This document shows positions 63,908 through 64,000 of a DNA stretch of 64,000 nt, one piece after another. This DNA comes from Macrostomum hystrix (taxonomy: Eukaryota > Animalia > Platyhelminthes): contig CATNEN010000001.1 of NCBI GenBank assembly GCA_950097015.1, positions 6,634,001 to 6,698,000 on the forward strand. Reading direction: 5' to 3'. The notes beneath the pieces are model-generated. The model had not been told where the DNA came from, made no database searches, and was given only the letters and a program-made list of their open reading frames with translations. The translations under genes were made by a program, and so were the position numbers. Each line of letters starts with the position of its first letter. Positions within the stretch are counted from its first letter, which is position 1.

Positions 63908-64000
63908 AAGAGGAGGGTAGAAAGAGGAGGGTAGGAAGAGGAGGGTAGAAAGAGGAGGGTAGATAGAGGAGGGTAGAAAGTGGAGGGTAGAAAGAGGAGG
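63908..64000. repeat. 14-bp minisatellite (AGGAGGGTAGAAAG) running off the window end
   Basis: Direct inspection. Confidence 0.85.

Overview
Eukaryotic, invertebrate-type genomic DNA with spliceosomal introns and roughly 45% minisatellite by my estimate. The density of simple repeats and the Q/A/S-rich exons suggest a flatworm such as Macrostomum, but that is inference. 1-970: 3' end of a disabled DIRS/Ngaro-type tyrosine-recombinase retroelement. 971-3436: two tandem, near-identical F-type (fucolectin/FTP) lectin genes on the minus strand; one is interrupted by the retroelement and the other appears chimeric. About 3640-7150: a decayed Penelope-like retroelement with an SGNH-like N-terminal region, carrying a nested CORE-type tRNA SINE and a hAT MITE that itself contains a minisatellite. 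10382-32073 (minus): a complete multi-exon myosin phosphatase targeting subunit gene (MYPT1/PPP1R12 family) that I could splice in frame by hand; it has two paralogous leucine-zipper terminal exons. 46851 to at least 57815 (plus): the 5' part of an unidentified low-complexity protein gene with an apparent alternative first exon. About 35 distinct minisatellite arrays fill the introns and intergenic DNA, and several share TCTAACAG or CTAATCTC cores. The most unusual is a 45-bp satellite whose unit has the layout of a complete spliceosomal micro-intron, repeated back to back. Most long ORFs in the supplied track are translations of these repeats.
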